NCBI GenBank assembly: GCA_023667245.1
Contig: JAMPAL010000006.1
Location: 50-64,049, forward strand
Direction of reading: 5' to 3'
Source of the DNA: Anaeroplasma bactoclasticum
GTDB lineage: Bacteria; Bacillota_I; Bacilli_A; ML615J-28; CAG-313
Length of the DNA stretch: 64,000 nucleotides
Shown: one piece after another, positions 39,360 to 48,577 of the stretch
How the letters are laid out: each line of letters opens with the position of its first letter
Position numbering within the stretch: position 1 is the first letter of the stretch
Translations under genes and position numbers: made by a program
The notes under the pieces: model-generated
Database searches by the model: none
What the model was told of the DNA's origin: nothing
What the model saw: the letters and a program-made list of their open reading frames with translations, nothing else

Positions 39360-39812
39360 TTAACAATCACAGTCTTCTAATCCTGTTACAACTTGAAAAT
39401 ATTGTTCATTATATGATAATAAGGTAGTATATCCGCCTAGATATATCCTTATTTTACGATATCCTATACTAGCCAAATAGGTTGCTACTTGTTCTACGTC
39501 TTGTCCTTCTTCATCTATTATAAATATCGTTTTCTTTTGATGATGCATACTTTGAAGATGGCGCCCCAATTCTTCTAGGTTTCCTTGTTCAATATCATAA
39601 TTCATAAATCCGAAAAAATGACCATTAGCATAGGATGCATCACGCTTTCTGATATCTAAGAGCACATAATTGTGTTCATTTTTTTCACTATATTGATAGA
39701 TTGCTTCAAAAAAATCTTTTCCTTGATGAGATTGATACGTTTTTACTTGCTTTTGACATCCTGTTATGCCCCATAAAAAAACCATTAGAATTATACTAAT
39801 CTTTACTTTCAT
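39360..39812 (-). CDS. Rhodanese-like domain lipoprotein
   Basis: Lipobox ITGC, LLDIR...GH, YLGGY; Asp at the catalytic Cys position. Confidence 0.7.
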   Translation of the reverse strand: MKVKISIILMVFLWGITGCQKQVKTYQSHQGKDFFEAIYQYSEKNEHNYVLLDIRKRDASYANGHFFGFMNYDIEQGNLEELGRHLQSMHHQKKTIFIIDEEGQDVEQVATYLASIGYRKIRIYLGGYTTLLSYNEQYFQVVTGLEDCDC

Positions 39813-40539
39813 CTTGGTCATGGATAATCTCCTCTAACATCTTTTGGTCTTCTTTAGAAAGCACTACTTGTTCGAGTAGCTCTGGTCTTTTTTGATAGGT
39901 TTTTTTGAGTGCTTGATAACGTTGCCATTTTTGTATATTGGCATGGTGTCCTGATAGCAGTATTTCTGGAATCGATTTACCATCGTATACTGGAGGTCTA
40001 GTATACTGAGGATATTCTAGAATTCCCATTGTAAACGATTCTCCCGTAATCGACTCATCTCGAATCACACCTGGTACAAGTCTTGCAATTGAATCAATTA
40101 ATACACAAGCTGCAATCTCTCCTCCTGTCAAAACATAATCGCCAATGGATATTTCTTCGTCTACATAATCTAAAATACGTGCATCAATTCCTTCATAGTG
40201 TCCACAAATCAAAACAATGTGATCTTGCTTGGCAAGTTGTTCTGCTTTTTGTTGACTATAGACAGTTCCTGATGGACTCGTTAAAATTTTATATGCTTGA
40301 TCTAGATGAGGAATGGTTTGCATTGCCAAATGAACTGGCTCTACGCTAATGAGCATACCTGCTCCTCCTCCATAAGTATAATCATCTACGGTATGATGTT
40401 TATTGGTTGAGAAATCACGAAAATTGATAATGTTAACTTCAATCTTTCCTTTTTCAATGGCTCGTTTTAAAATGGAGTCTTGAATCATTCCCGATATCAT
40501 TTCTGGAAATAGCGTGAGTATATCAAATCTTACTGGCAT
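39796..40539 (-). CDS. trmD: tRNA (guanine37-N1)-methyltransferase
   Basis: DILTLFPE, YGGGAGM, CGHYEGID, SIGDYVLTGGE, PQYTRP. Confidence 0.98.
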   Translation of the reverse strand: MPVRFDILTLFPEMISGMIQDSILKRAIEKGKIEVNIINFRDFSTNKHHTVDDYTYGGGAGMLISVEPVHLAMQTIPHLDQAYKILTSPSGTVYSQQKAEQLAKQDHIVLICGHYEGIDARILDYVDEEISIGDYVLTGGEIAACVLIDSIARLVPGVIRDESITGESFTMGILEYPQYTRPPVYDGKSIPEILLSGHHANIQKWQRYQALKKTYQKRPELLEQVVLSKEDQKMLEEIIHDQDESKD

Positions 40540-41036
40540 AATTCTAATACCTTGACAACGATTTGTTGTTCTCTAATTTCTAATATATATGCATCTACAA
40601 AAGGAAATAGCATCTTTCCTTTTGGTGTTTTTACTTCCATAATATATCCTTGAGGTACCTCAATCAAATCAACCACTTCCCCAACGGGGTTTTCCCATTC
40701 ATCTACGACTTGAAGCCCAATTAAATCATCTACTGGATATTCATCTTCTTCTAGCGGTGGAATATCATCTTGTGGCGCATAAACGTGATAACCAATATAT
40801 GACTCAACTTGGTTGATATCATACCAATCATTGATTGTAATTAAAACATTGTTTTTGTGAATGCGCATAGAACTAATTTGCACTTCAAGAGCACTATTCT
40901 TGTTCGCAAGAATGATTTTCGCGCCTTTTCGATAACGATAATCCACAAAATCACTTTCTGTATATACTTTTAATTCACCTTTAATTCCAAATACACCTGT
41001 AATTTCACCTATATATATACCTTCTATTTTACTCAT
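40530..41036 (-). CDS. rimM: Ribosome maturation factor RimM
   Basis: IGEITGVFGIKGELKV, DLIGLQV, PFV; upstream of trmD. Confidence 0.95.
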   Translation of the reverse strand: MSKIEGIYIGEITGVFGIKGELKVYTESDFVDYRYRKGAKIILANKNSALEVQISSMRIHKNNVLITINDWYDINQVESYIGYHVYAPQDDIPPLEEDEYPVDDLIGLQVVDEWENPVGEVVDLIEVPQGYIMEVKTPKGKMLFPFVDAYILEIREQQIVVKVLELCQ

Positions 41037-43467
41037 ATTGTTGATCTACTCCATCTTCTTTGTTTGTTTTTTTCAATTTCATCACCAATAATGCATTCAA
41101 AATCGCTAGGAGTGAAACTCCTACATCAGAAAATATAGCCACAATGAGCGGTAATTCAATCACATAACCTGTTACAGAAGAAGTAATACCAAAAATAATG
41201 GTTAGCCACATCACAACAAATTTAATAATCAAAGAAAATGTCACATTCTGAATGACCTTTCGTTTTGCCTTTGTGGCGATTTGGATCATATCTGTCATTT
41301 TTTCTAAATTATCTGTCATAATGACTACATCTGCTATGGCAATTGTAGCATCGCTACCTGCTTCTCCCATTGCAATGCCCACATCTGCACAAGCAATAAC
41401 GGGGGCATCATTGATACCATCTCCTACAAAAATCGTCTTTCCTTTCGATGATTGTTTGATTTCTTCGACAATTTCTACTTTTTGATGAGGTAACAATTCT
41501 GAATATACGGTATCCATTTCAATGCTATTGGCAACATCTTCAGCGATTTGCTTGGAATCACCTGTTAACATATAGCAAGTTTTATGCTGTTTGTGTAAGT
41601 CGTCAATAATCTTCTTTGCCTCTTTTTTGATCACATCACCAATTTCTACATATCCAATGTACATTTTATTCTTTACAACATGAATAACCAAATGGGTTGA
41701 TTCAATTTCAGGAATTTCAATTTTATTGGCTCTCATTAATTTATCATTGCCTATGAGTATTTTATTTCCATTTACAGTCGCTTTTGAACCTCCTGTAACA
41801 TCCTGAAAATCACTAATAATTTCAGGAAAAATATTTTCTTTACCGTAAGCTTCAACAATCGATATGCCTATGGGGTGATTGGAATAATATTCTGTGTAAA
41901 TGAGCATTCTCAGCAGATATTCTTCCGTAATATCTTCTTGCATTGGCACAACATTTGTTACTGTAAAAGTACCCTCTGTTAGTGTGCCTGTTTTATCAAA
42001 AACAACATTTTCAACTTGACTCAGTGCTTCAATATAATTACTTCCCTTAATTAGGATACCTAGCCTACTCGCAACACCAATCGCTGAAAAATAGCAAAGG
42101 GGAATAGAAATCACAAGAGCACAAGGGCAAGAGATGACCAAAAATTCCATTGCGGCATAAATCCATTGATTGGCATTAGAATGATCCAATAAACTTCCTA
42201 TTACACCAATTGCAAATGCAATAATCACTACAATTGGCGTATAATATTTAGCAAAATTGGTAATAAATGTCTCCGTTTTTCCTTTGGTGCTAGAAGCATT
42301 TTCAACCAAATCCATAATTCTAGATATCATCGAATCTCGGTAAGGTTTGGCAACTTTTACTTCTATCATCTTACTCATATTGATACTTCCACTGAGTACT
42401 TCATCTCCTACTTCTACTGTTTTCAACATACTTTCTCCCGTTAGGTTTTTAGTATCAATATTTGTTTTTCCTGCAACAATTTTTCCATCTGCAGGTATCG
42501 TATCTCCTTTATTGACAATCACAATATCTCCTGGCAATAAACTTTCTACATCCACTTCTGTGACTTCATTATCTAGTTTGATTAGAGCTGTTTTGACTTC
42601 TATACGCAATAATTCCATAATTGACTTACGTGAGTAATTGACAGCCTTATTTTGTAAGATTTCACCGATTTGATAAAAGGCAACAACCATAACGGCCTCA
42701 GATGGATGTTGAGTAACAAAGGCACCAATAGAGGCAATTGTCATTAAAAATGTTTCATCTAATACTTGACCTCTCAATAGATTCTTTAAAAAGCGAATCA
42801 CAACAGGATAGCCAATTAGCAAATATGGCCCAATATATAAATAATACACCCACATCGTTTGATTTTTATTCCAAAACACATCTATTATCCATAAAATTAC
42901 AAATGCAACCATTCCACTAATCATTGCAATTTTTTGAAATAGGCTCATTTTTTTGACATTCTCAAAATTTCGTCTTTTGGCTACATCTTGTTCAACAACA
43001 ACAATTCGATCATCTACCATCTTAGCAATCTTAGTCACTTCACTTCGAATATTTTCTATCGTTTTTTGATCATATGTTTCAATGATGAAACGTCCAGTTG
43101 AAAAATCAACAATAATTTGCTCATGACATAAAGTTCTTTTCGCAATGGTTTCTACACGCATCGCACAATGCGCACAATCTAATCCATTCAAATACAGCAC
43201 TTTACGATATTTCTCTACTGTTTCAATTCGAACCATTTGAGCCTTTTTTTCATATTCATGAATGGCTTTGAGTATTTCTTCTTCCAATATCTTCCATTGT
43301 TTTTCTTTGAGTGGTTGTTCTACTTCATATTCTATATGCAATACATTCTTTGTATTTTCAATATTGGCTGAAGCAATGCCTTCTATTTTTTTAATTTCAT
43401 TGCTGATTCTTTTAAAGTTTTTATTGCTACTTACTTTGAGGAGTTGATAATTTTTGACTTCAATCAT
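41029..43467 (-). CDS. Heavy-metal P1B-type ATPase with two N-terminal HMA-like domains
   Basis: LDCAHCA, TGES, SCPCAL, DKTGTLT, GDGINDAP; overlaps the rimM start. Confidence 0.92.
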   Translation of the reverse strand: MIEVKNYQLLKVSSNKNFKRISNEIKKIEGIASANIENTKNVLHIEYEVEQPLKEKQWKILEEEILKAIHEYEKKAQMVRIETVEKYRKVLYLNGLDCAHCAMRVETIAKRTLCHEQIIVDFSTGRFIIETYDQKTIENIRSEVTKIAKMVDDRIVVVEQDVAKRRNFENVKKMSLFQKIAMISGMVAFVILWIIDVFWNKNQTMWVYYLYIGPYLLIGYPVVIRFLKNLLRGQVLDETFLMTIASIGAFVTQHPSEAVMVVAFYQIGEILQNKAVNYSRKSIMELLRIEVKTALIKLDNEVTEVDVESLLPGDIVIVNKGDTIPADGKIVAGKTNIDTKNLTGESMLKTVEVGDEVLSGSINMSKMIEVKVAKPYRDSMISRIMDLVENASSTKGKTETFITNFAKYYTPIVVIIAFAIGVIGSLLDHSNANQWIYAAMEFLVISCPCALVISIPLCYFSAIGVASRLGILIKGSNYIEALSQVENVVFDKTGTLTEGTFTVTNVVPMQEDITEEYLLRMLIYTEYYSNHPIGISIVEAYGKENIFPEIISDFQDVTGGSKATVNGNKILIGNDKLMRANKIEIPEIESTHLVIHVVKNKMYIGYVEIGDVIKKEAKKIIDDLHKQHKTCYMLTGDSKQIAEDVANSIEMDTVYSELLPHQKVEIVEEIKQSSKGKTIFVGDGINDAPVIACADVGIAMGEAGSDATIAIADVVIMTDNLEKMTDMIQIATKAKRKVIQNVTFSLIIKFVVMWLTIIFGITSSVTGYVIELPLIVAIFSDVGVSLLAILNALLVMKLKKTNKEDGVDQQYE

Positions 43468-43754
43468 ACATGCTCTCCTATCAGACCTACTTCTACAATA
43501 TCTTTAACGAGAGAATTGGCAATGCCATAAATCATCTTTTTTCCCTGTTTCACTGATTTTAAAATATGCGCTTCTTTCAATAATTTTAAATGATGAGAGA
43601 CAAGGGGTTGACTCATTTGAAGATGAGTGATAATTTCACTGACACTGGCTTCTTTATCCAATAAATACAAAATAATTTTCAGTCTCGATGTTTCTCCAAG
43701 TAAATTCATGATTTCTGCAAAATCATCCACCATTTGTAGCGATGTCCATACCAT
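43464..43754 (-). CDS. ArsR/SmtB family regulator
   Basis: RLKII...SQPLVSHHLKLL HTH; no Cys and no alpha5 DxH site. Confidence 0.85.
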   Translation of the reverse strand: MVWTSLQMVDDFAEIMNLLGETSRLKIILYLLDKEASVSEIITHLQMSQPLVSHHLKLLKEAHILKSVKQGKKMIYGIANSLVKDIVEVGLIGEHV

Positions 43755-43777
43755 AAACGTATCATCCTTTTCTTAAA

Positions 43778-43805
43778 TAATATATAAACTATTATTTATA
43801 TATTA
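43778..43805. promoter_or_regulatory. ArsR-type operator
   Basis: Perfect 11-6-11 palindrome TAATATATAAA-CTATTA-TTTATATATTA overlapping a TTGCGT-17-TAATAT promoter. Confidence 0.65.
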
Positions 43806-43830
43806 CTACAAAATATGTAAAAACGCAAAT

Positions 43831-43868
43831 AAAAATGTTTGTATAACAAACATTTGTTATACAAACAT
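43831..43868 (-). terminator. Terminator after khpA
   Basis: ATGTTTGTATAACAAA...TTTGTTATACAAACAT long hairpin followed by TTTT on the minus strand. Confidence 0.75.
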
Positions 43869-44120
43869 CTATTCGTTTGCACTAAATTCAATATCAAGAC
43901 TTTGCTTTTGGCGAATCGCTGCCGCGTGAGCAATTGTTCGAATCGCACTTGCAACGCGTCCTTTTTTGCCTATGACTCTTCCTAAATCATCAGGATTTAC
44001 CAAAGCTTTGACTAAAACTTTATCTCCATCGATAGAACTAGTTGTTTTTACATCTTCAGGATGTGTTACAAGTGGCTTGATTAATTCTGCTACTAAGCTT
44101 TCATAATTAATTTCCGCCAT
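43869..44120 (-). CDS. khpA: KH-domain RNA-binding protein KhpA
   Basis: DLGRVIGKKGRVASAIRT; follows rpsP. Confidence 0.93.
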   Translation of the reverse strand: MAEINYESLVAELIKPLVTHPEDVKTTSSIDGDKVLVKALVNPDDLGRVIGKKGRVASAIRTIAHAAAIRQKQSLDIEFSANE

Positions 44121-44129
44121 TTCGTTCAC

Positions 44130-44402
44130 CTATTCACCTTTTGCTTGATTTTCTAAGAATTTAACAATTAGCCCTTCTTTAGTCAAAAGTGATTTTACAG
44201 TATCTGTAGGTTTTGCACCTAAACTTAACCATTTCATTACTTTTTCTTCATCGAATTTTACTGTAGCTGGAGTTGTAAGTGGGTTATATGTACCAACTAC
44301 TTCAATGTGACGACCATCACGAGGATTGCGTGAGTCTGTCGCAACAATACGATAGAAAGGTTTTTTCTTTGATCCATATCTTTGTGATCTTAATTTTACC
44401 AT
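44130..44402 (-). CDS. rpsP: 30S ribosomal protein S16
   Basis: [26 protein letters not shown]. Confidence 0.98.
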   Translation of the reverse strand: MVKLRSQRYGSKKKPFYRIVATDSRNPRDGRHIEVVGTYNPLTTPATVKFDEEKVMKWLSLGAKPTDTVKSLLTKEGLIVKFLENQAKGE

Positions 44403-44448
44403 AATATTACCTCCTCATATATTGACAAAGTGATTATATCATAAAGTA

Positions 44449-44486
44449 TATAAAAGTGTCAAGTAAAAAGGCTTGACACTTTTATA
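44449..44486 (-). terminator. ylbDE terminator whose arm contains the rpsP -35 box
   Basis: ATAAAAGTGTCAAG-N8-CTTGACACTTTTAT inverted repeat; TTGACA-18-TATAAT on the minus strand. Confidence 0.65.
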
Positions 44487-44711
44487 TTAACTACTAATAT
44501 ACTTGAGCATGCCATTGATAAAATCAATTTGCTTTCTCAACGTTTCTATTTTATCCGATGTTGTCATCTTAAGATTCACCTTAACTTCTTTTTCAAAATC
44601 TGAAATTGCACTAGGATTGCGATTCAAAACAACATACCATCTTGGATTATAACGAATATAATTGAGATAAACATCATTTGAATATAATTTTTCTAAAACA
44701 CTCGCAATCAT
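44487..44711 (-). CDS. ylbE: YlbE-like sporulation protein
   Basis: YIRYNPRWYVVLNRNP..I..FEKE pattern; TAATG coupling to ylbD. Confidence 0.75.
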   Translation of the reverse strand: MIASVLEKLYSNDVYLNYIRYNPRWYVVLNRNPSAISDFEKEVKVNLKMTTSDKIETLRKQIDFINGMLKYISS

Positions 44712-45100
44712 TAATCCCACCAACTATTGTAATTTTGATTGTATATTCCTGTTGGTCTTCCTCCAAAACTTTGCGTGATTTGCAACACCTTTTGTACTGT
44801 ATTGAGTGTTTTACTAATCGAATCTGGATCAATCTTTTTCACATAATTGATGACATTCTTTAAACTTGTTGATGAAAGCAACTCCTCAATGGTTCCTGGT
44901 TTTCCTGTAGATGCAGTTTTTTGGGTAGTATTTGAATTAGACTGTGCTTGCCTGTATACTTGCCATTTGGGATTTTCTTCCCCTAGAATCACCCAATCCT
45001 CATACATCTGTTGCCATGTGTGATTGCCACTTTCTACGTCTTGTTGAATACCTGGATGACTGCTTAAAAAAGTTCTAAATTCGTCCATACGTGATGCCAT
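44711..45100 (-). CDS. ylbD: Spore coat protein YlbD-like
   Basis: FRTFLSSHP...TWQQMYEDWVILGEENPKW and VKKIDPD motifs. Confidence 0.8.
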   Translation of the reverse strand: MASRMDEFRTFLSSHPGIQQDVESGNHTWQQMYEDWVILGEENPKWQVYRQAQSNSNTTQKTASTGKPGTIEELLSSTSLKNVINYVKKIDPDSISKTLNTVQKVLQITQSFGGRPTGIYNQNYNSWWD

Positions 45101-45147
45101 ATTTCTACCTCCCTACTTTAATTTATTAAAGAAAGGAATTTTTTGTG

Positions 45148-45175
45148 ACAAAAGTTTACGCTTTTTCATATCTTA
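45148..45175 (+). promoter_or_regulatory. sigmaK-like promoter
   Basis: ACA-16 bp-CATATCTTA, followed by RBS AAGGAG. Confidence 0.6.
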
Positions 45176-45188
45176 AATTGAAAGGAGA

Positions 45189-45446
45189 ATGATGATGTTT
45201 AATTTTTTTAGAAAAAACAAAAATGGATCTTATCCTGATTCAAACAACCAAAACAGGAACTATCCTTATCCTTATCAAGATTATTACCCTACACCAAGTC
45301 CTTATCCAGCACCAATGAATACTTATGATATGAATGTATTGGATACAGAATTTGCGGAAATGAGACGTCAAATCAATGATTTGCACAAACGTATGACCCG
45401 AATTGAAAACTATTTAGGTATTCGAGAAGACACATCTATGCATTAG
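45189..45446 (+). CDS. Small Pro/Tyr-rich coiled-coil protein, probable spore-associated
   Basis: YPYPYQDYYPTPSPYP then a heptad C-terminus; strong RBS; sigmaK-like promoter. Confidence 0.65.
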   Translation: MMMFNFFRKNKNGSYPDSNNQNRNYPYPYQDYYPTPSPYPAPMNTYDMNVLDTEFAEMRRQINDLHKRMTRIENYLGIREDTSMH

Positions 45447-45721
45447 CGTATTTGTTTCATTTCTTCATAAATAGAAATACCTGTTGATTTATAAAATCGT
45501 TCATTATACTTTTTTTCTAAAGAAAGATTATGAATAATGTTTTTATATTCGAGATAACGCGTTTTGACGATGTCTTTGCTGACTTTGTGATTCACATATT
45601 TGGTCATAGTATGATAAAATTCAATAATCTTGATAATTTCATCTACAGTAAATAAATCATAGTCTATTTCATATGTCGAATCGATTGTTTCATTTGTCTT
45701 TTTCTTATTTTCTTTTTTCAT
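45443..45721 (-). CDS. UPF0223 (YktA-like) protein
   Basis: YEID...EIIKIIEFY...Y..YK.I...SLEKKY...F.KSTGISIY pattern. Confidence 0.75.
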   Translation of the reverse strand: MKKENKKKTNETIDSTYEIDYDLFTVDEIIKIIEFYHTMTKYVNHKVSKDIVKTRYLEYKNIIHNLSLEKKYNERFYKSTGISIYEEMKQIR

Positions 45722-45776
45722 TTGCTTCACCTATTTTTATTATACCACATTTTTGATAAAATTAGGCGGATAAACT

Positions 45777-45804
45777 AACAAATTTACAAAATATGCATAA
45801 GATA
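45777..45804 (+). promoter_or_regulatory. sigmaK-like promoter
   Basis: AC-16 bp-CATAAGATA upstream of the YjcZ-family gene. Confidence 0.55.
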
Positions 45805-45850
45805 AATTGAAACAAAAGGAATTACTTTTATTTCAAAAAGGAGGGAAATT

Positions 45851-45994
45851 ATGTATCAACCTAATTATGGCTACAACTGTTGCGCACAAACAACCAATCC
45901 TTGCTGCAACACCAATACATTCGGTGGTTATGGCTATGCTTTAATCCTTGTATTATTCATTCTTTTAGTAATTATTGGTACTGCACGTTGGTAA
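45851..45994 (+). CDS. YjcZ/SscA family small sporulation protein (47 aa, not in ORF track)
   Basis: MYQPNYGYNCCAQTTNPCCNTNTFGGYGYALILVLFILLVIIGTARW; AAGGAGG RBS. Confidence 0.9.
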   Translation: MYQPNYGYNCCAQTTNPCCNTNTFGGYGYALILVLFILLVIIGTARW

Positions 45995-46164
45995 TCGAAA
46001 TCCAAACAAAAAAGGCTCAGATGAGCCTTTTTTTGTATAACGAATCATTTGCTTTTGAATAACTATTTCTTTTACATACTTCGAGTAATTTCCAATTTTT
46101 CACTTTTGCGCTTGATTTTTCAAGAGTACATATGGTATAATGTACAAAAGAAAGGAATTTTAAT

Positions 46165-47079
46165 ATGAAGAAAAGAAGTTTAATCATACTTACCTTGGTC
46201 ATATGCTTAGGGATGTATTTTACTGGATGTAAAAAAGAAAAATGTGAAAAACATACTTGGGTAGAGGCTACTTGTACCCATGCTGCATATTGTTCAACCT
46301 GTGGAGAAACCTCAGGTGGAGTTCTAAATCATATCGGTTCAAAAGCAGACTGTGAACATGCTGGACATTGTACCATTTGTAATGGCACCCTTGGTGGACC
46401 ACTTGGCCATAAATGGACTGTAGCTACATACTATTCGCCAAAAACCTGTACAGTATGCGGAAAAACAGAAGGTGAACCTTTAACAGAACCCAATGATTAT
46501 TTTGCTAACGCTTTAGAAGAGTTGTTCACTAAGAGTTTAACCTGTCAGATTACCCTTACAATGTTGTTGGAAGAGTCAGAAAGTGGTTATTCTCAATCAC
46601 AAACAGCACAAATTCAAATTCAAAGAGATGGTGATAATGTACAACTATCTATTGAAACAATGGAAGAACAAAGTCATCTTTTCTTAACCTTTGCGGATAA
46701 TTGCCTTTATATCTATCAAAAAGTGGATACAACTTATCAATTGTCGGCACAGTATCCTTTAGAAGGCTTCTCTAAAGATGACATTTCTACTCTACCTTTT
46801 GAAGAAATTGCCAACATGTTTACAAGACAAAATGGCTTTAGAATAGCGGACACTGAGCAAATTGCTGCTATGATTAATGAATTGATTCAATCACAAGGTA
46901 TTCCAGTTGAAGTATCTATCCCTACTTTCAGTATTCTTGTACAAAGAGGGCATATTAAAGAAGTATTGTTTAGTTTAGGTATTGACCTTACACCAATACA
47001 AGGGCATATTGTTCTTGAAGCCACATTGTCAAAGATTGGTTCAACTATTGTGAACAAACCTACTGAAATCATCGAATAA
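46165..47079 (+). CDS. Lipoprotein with three His/Cys-rich (H..ATC..CxxCG) repeats
   Basis: Lipobox FTGC; CSTCG, CTICN and CTVCG repeats of about 26 aa. Confidence 0.75.
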   Translation: MKKRSLIILTLVICLGMYFTGCKKEKCEKHTWVEATCTHAAYCSTCGETSGGVLNHIGSKADCEHAGHCTICNGTLGGPLGHKWTVATYYSPKTCTVCGKTEGEPLTEPNDYFANALEELFTKSLTCQITLTMLLEESESGYSQSQTAQIQIQRDGDNVQLSIETMEEQSHLFLTFADNCLYIYQKVDTTYQLSAQYPLEGFSKDDISTLPFEEIANMFTRQNGFRIADTEQIAAMINELIQSQGIPVEVSIPTFSILVQRGHIKEVLFSLGIDLTPIQGHIVLEATLSKIGSTIVNKPTEIIE

Positions 47080-47113
47080 TAAAAAAGGTTAAGGAAATCC
47101 CTTAACCTTTTTT
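47080..47113 (+). terminator. Intrinsic terminator
   Basis: AAAGGTTAAGG-AAATC-CCTTAACCTTTTT. Confidence 0.8.
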
Positions 47114-47169
47114 ACTTTACTTGTTTTTTTATGAATAATCAAGTATAATATATCTAACGAGGTGATACA

Positions 47170-47748
47170 ATGATTTTAATGAAAGATATTATTCGCGAAG
47201 GAAATGTTTTACTGAGAACAAAATGCGAAGAAGTCCCTATCCCTTTATCTAATGAAGATGAACAAACCATAAAAGATATGATTGAATATTTATTTCAATC
47301 CCAAGACGAAGCGCTAGCCAAAAAATACAATCTTCGTCCAGGCGTTGGTCTTGCGGCACCACAAATCGGTGTATGCAAAAAAATGCTTGTGATATTGGCC
47401 TATGATGAAAAGGGAAACTTGCATTTCTATCCTATGATTAATCCTAAATTGGTGAGTTACTCTGAAGAAAAAACGTACCTTGATTCAGGAGAAGGATGTT
47501 TATCTGTTGACAGAGATGTAAAAGGATATGTTCATCGTGCGAAACGTGTAACAGTTGAAACTTATCTTTATAGTACAGAAAAAATAATGAAAGTTCGTCT
47601 TCGCTTAAAAAACTATATTGCGGTCGTATTCCAACATGAATATGATCATCTCAATGGTACTTTATTTGTAGATCATATCAACAAAGCAAATCCATTTGAA
47701 ATCCTACCTAACTCTACACCTGTTGATTTTGGCCAGGATGATCATTAA
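47170..47748 (+). CDS. def: Peptide deformylase
   Basis: GVGLAAPQIG, EGCLSV, QHEYDHLNG. Confidence 0.97.
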   Translation: MILMKDIIREGNVLLRTKCEEVPIPLSNEDEQTIKDMIEYLFQSQDEALAKKYNLRPGVGLAAPQIGVCKKMLVILAYDEKGNLHFYPMINPKLVSYSEEKTYLDSGEGCLSVDRDVKGYVHRAKRVTVETYLYSTEKIMKVRLRLKNYIAVVFQHEYDHLNGTLFVDHINKANPFEILPNSTPVDFGQDDH

Positions 47749-47803
47749 AATGCATTCTCAATAGAAATCTTTTTTCAACTTGATGAAATATCAAGTTGTT
47801 TTT

Positions 47804-48484
47804 TTATTTTTGACCTGCTATTCGAAAACTTTGATCTATTCTTATTTGAATTTCCTCTAGTGAAACAGCACCATCTAAACAAATACTCACCCAATGTTTT
47901 TTATTCATATGATAAGCGCGAAAATAATATTTGTTATCTACTATCTCTTCTAATTCATTACAATCCATTCGTAAATTGATAATATCTACTTTGTCATCTA
48001 AAGATAATCCCAGTTTATTTTTACAAACGGTGGTAATTAAACCATACCACTTTTGATTATCTTTTCTACGCCAAATGGCACAATCTGGAGTCTTTTCCCA
48101 CAAATATTCTAATTCATCCCTATACTTGGTTCGAACATAATGAATGATTTGCTTTGTCCAATCATTTTGAAAAACTTCTTTATCAAAGCACTGTGATGCA
48201 ATTTCTTGTAATATATCACAATAAGCTGTCCTGACTCTCCCCACAAAACTCCCCTTTGCACTTTCCACTTGATATAAAGTATAAACTTCCCCTGTTGCTA
48301 GTTCAACCATTTTGGTTTCAATATGCCCTATGGAAGAAATACAAATGCTTAAAACAAACTGATTATCAACGATTTTAGTTTCATAGTGATATCCATTTTC
48401 TTGTAGTATAAAGCCAAACTGCTTGAGTTTTTCGAAGTTTGCCACTTGATATTGAAAAATGGTCTCCAAAAATTGGTCTTTCAT
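47804..48484 (-). CDS. MmcQ/YjbR family DNA-binding protein
   Basis: LEYLWEK.P...KWY, AYHMNKKHWVSI. Confidence 0.85.
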   Translation of the reverse strand: MKDQFLETIFQYQVANFEKLKQFGFILQENGYHYETKIVDNQFVLSICISSIGHIETKMVELATGEVYTLYQVESAKGSFVGRVRTAYCDILQEIASQCFDKEVFQNDWTKQIIHYVRTKYRDELEYLWEKTPDCAIWRRKDNQKWYGLITTVCKNKLGLSLDDKVDIINLRMDCNELEEIVDNKYYFRAYHMNKKHWVSICLDGAVSLEEIQIRIDQSFRIAGQK

Positions 48485-48577
48485 CTTTTTCTCTCCTTTT
48501 CAGATTGTATGATTTGTTGAAAAGAAAGGACCTCTTATTACAAGAGGAACCTCTTTCACTGTCTTTCATAAATAATT

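Noticed and set aside
45880-46202. ORF-track entries 45880-46062 and 46017-46202
   Set aside because: Wrong frame or strand; the real gene is the RBS-led YjcZ peptide at 45851-45994.
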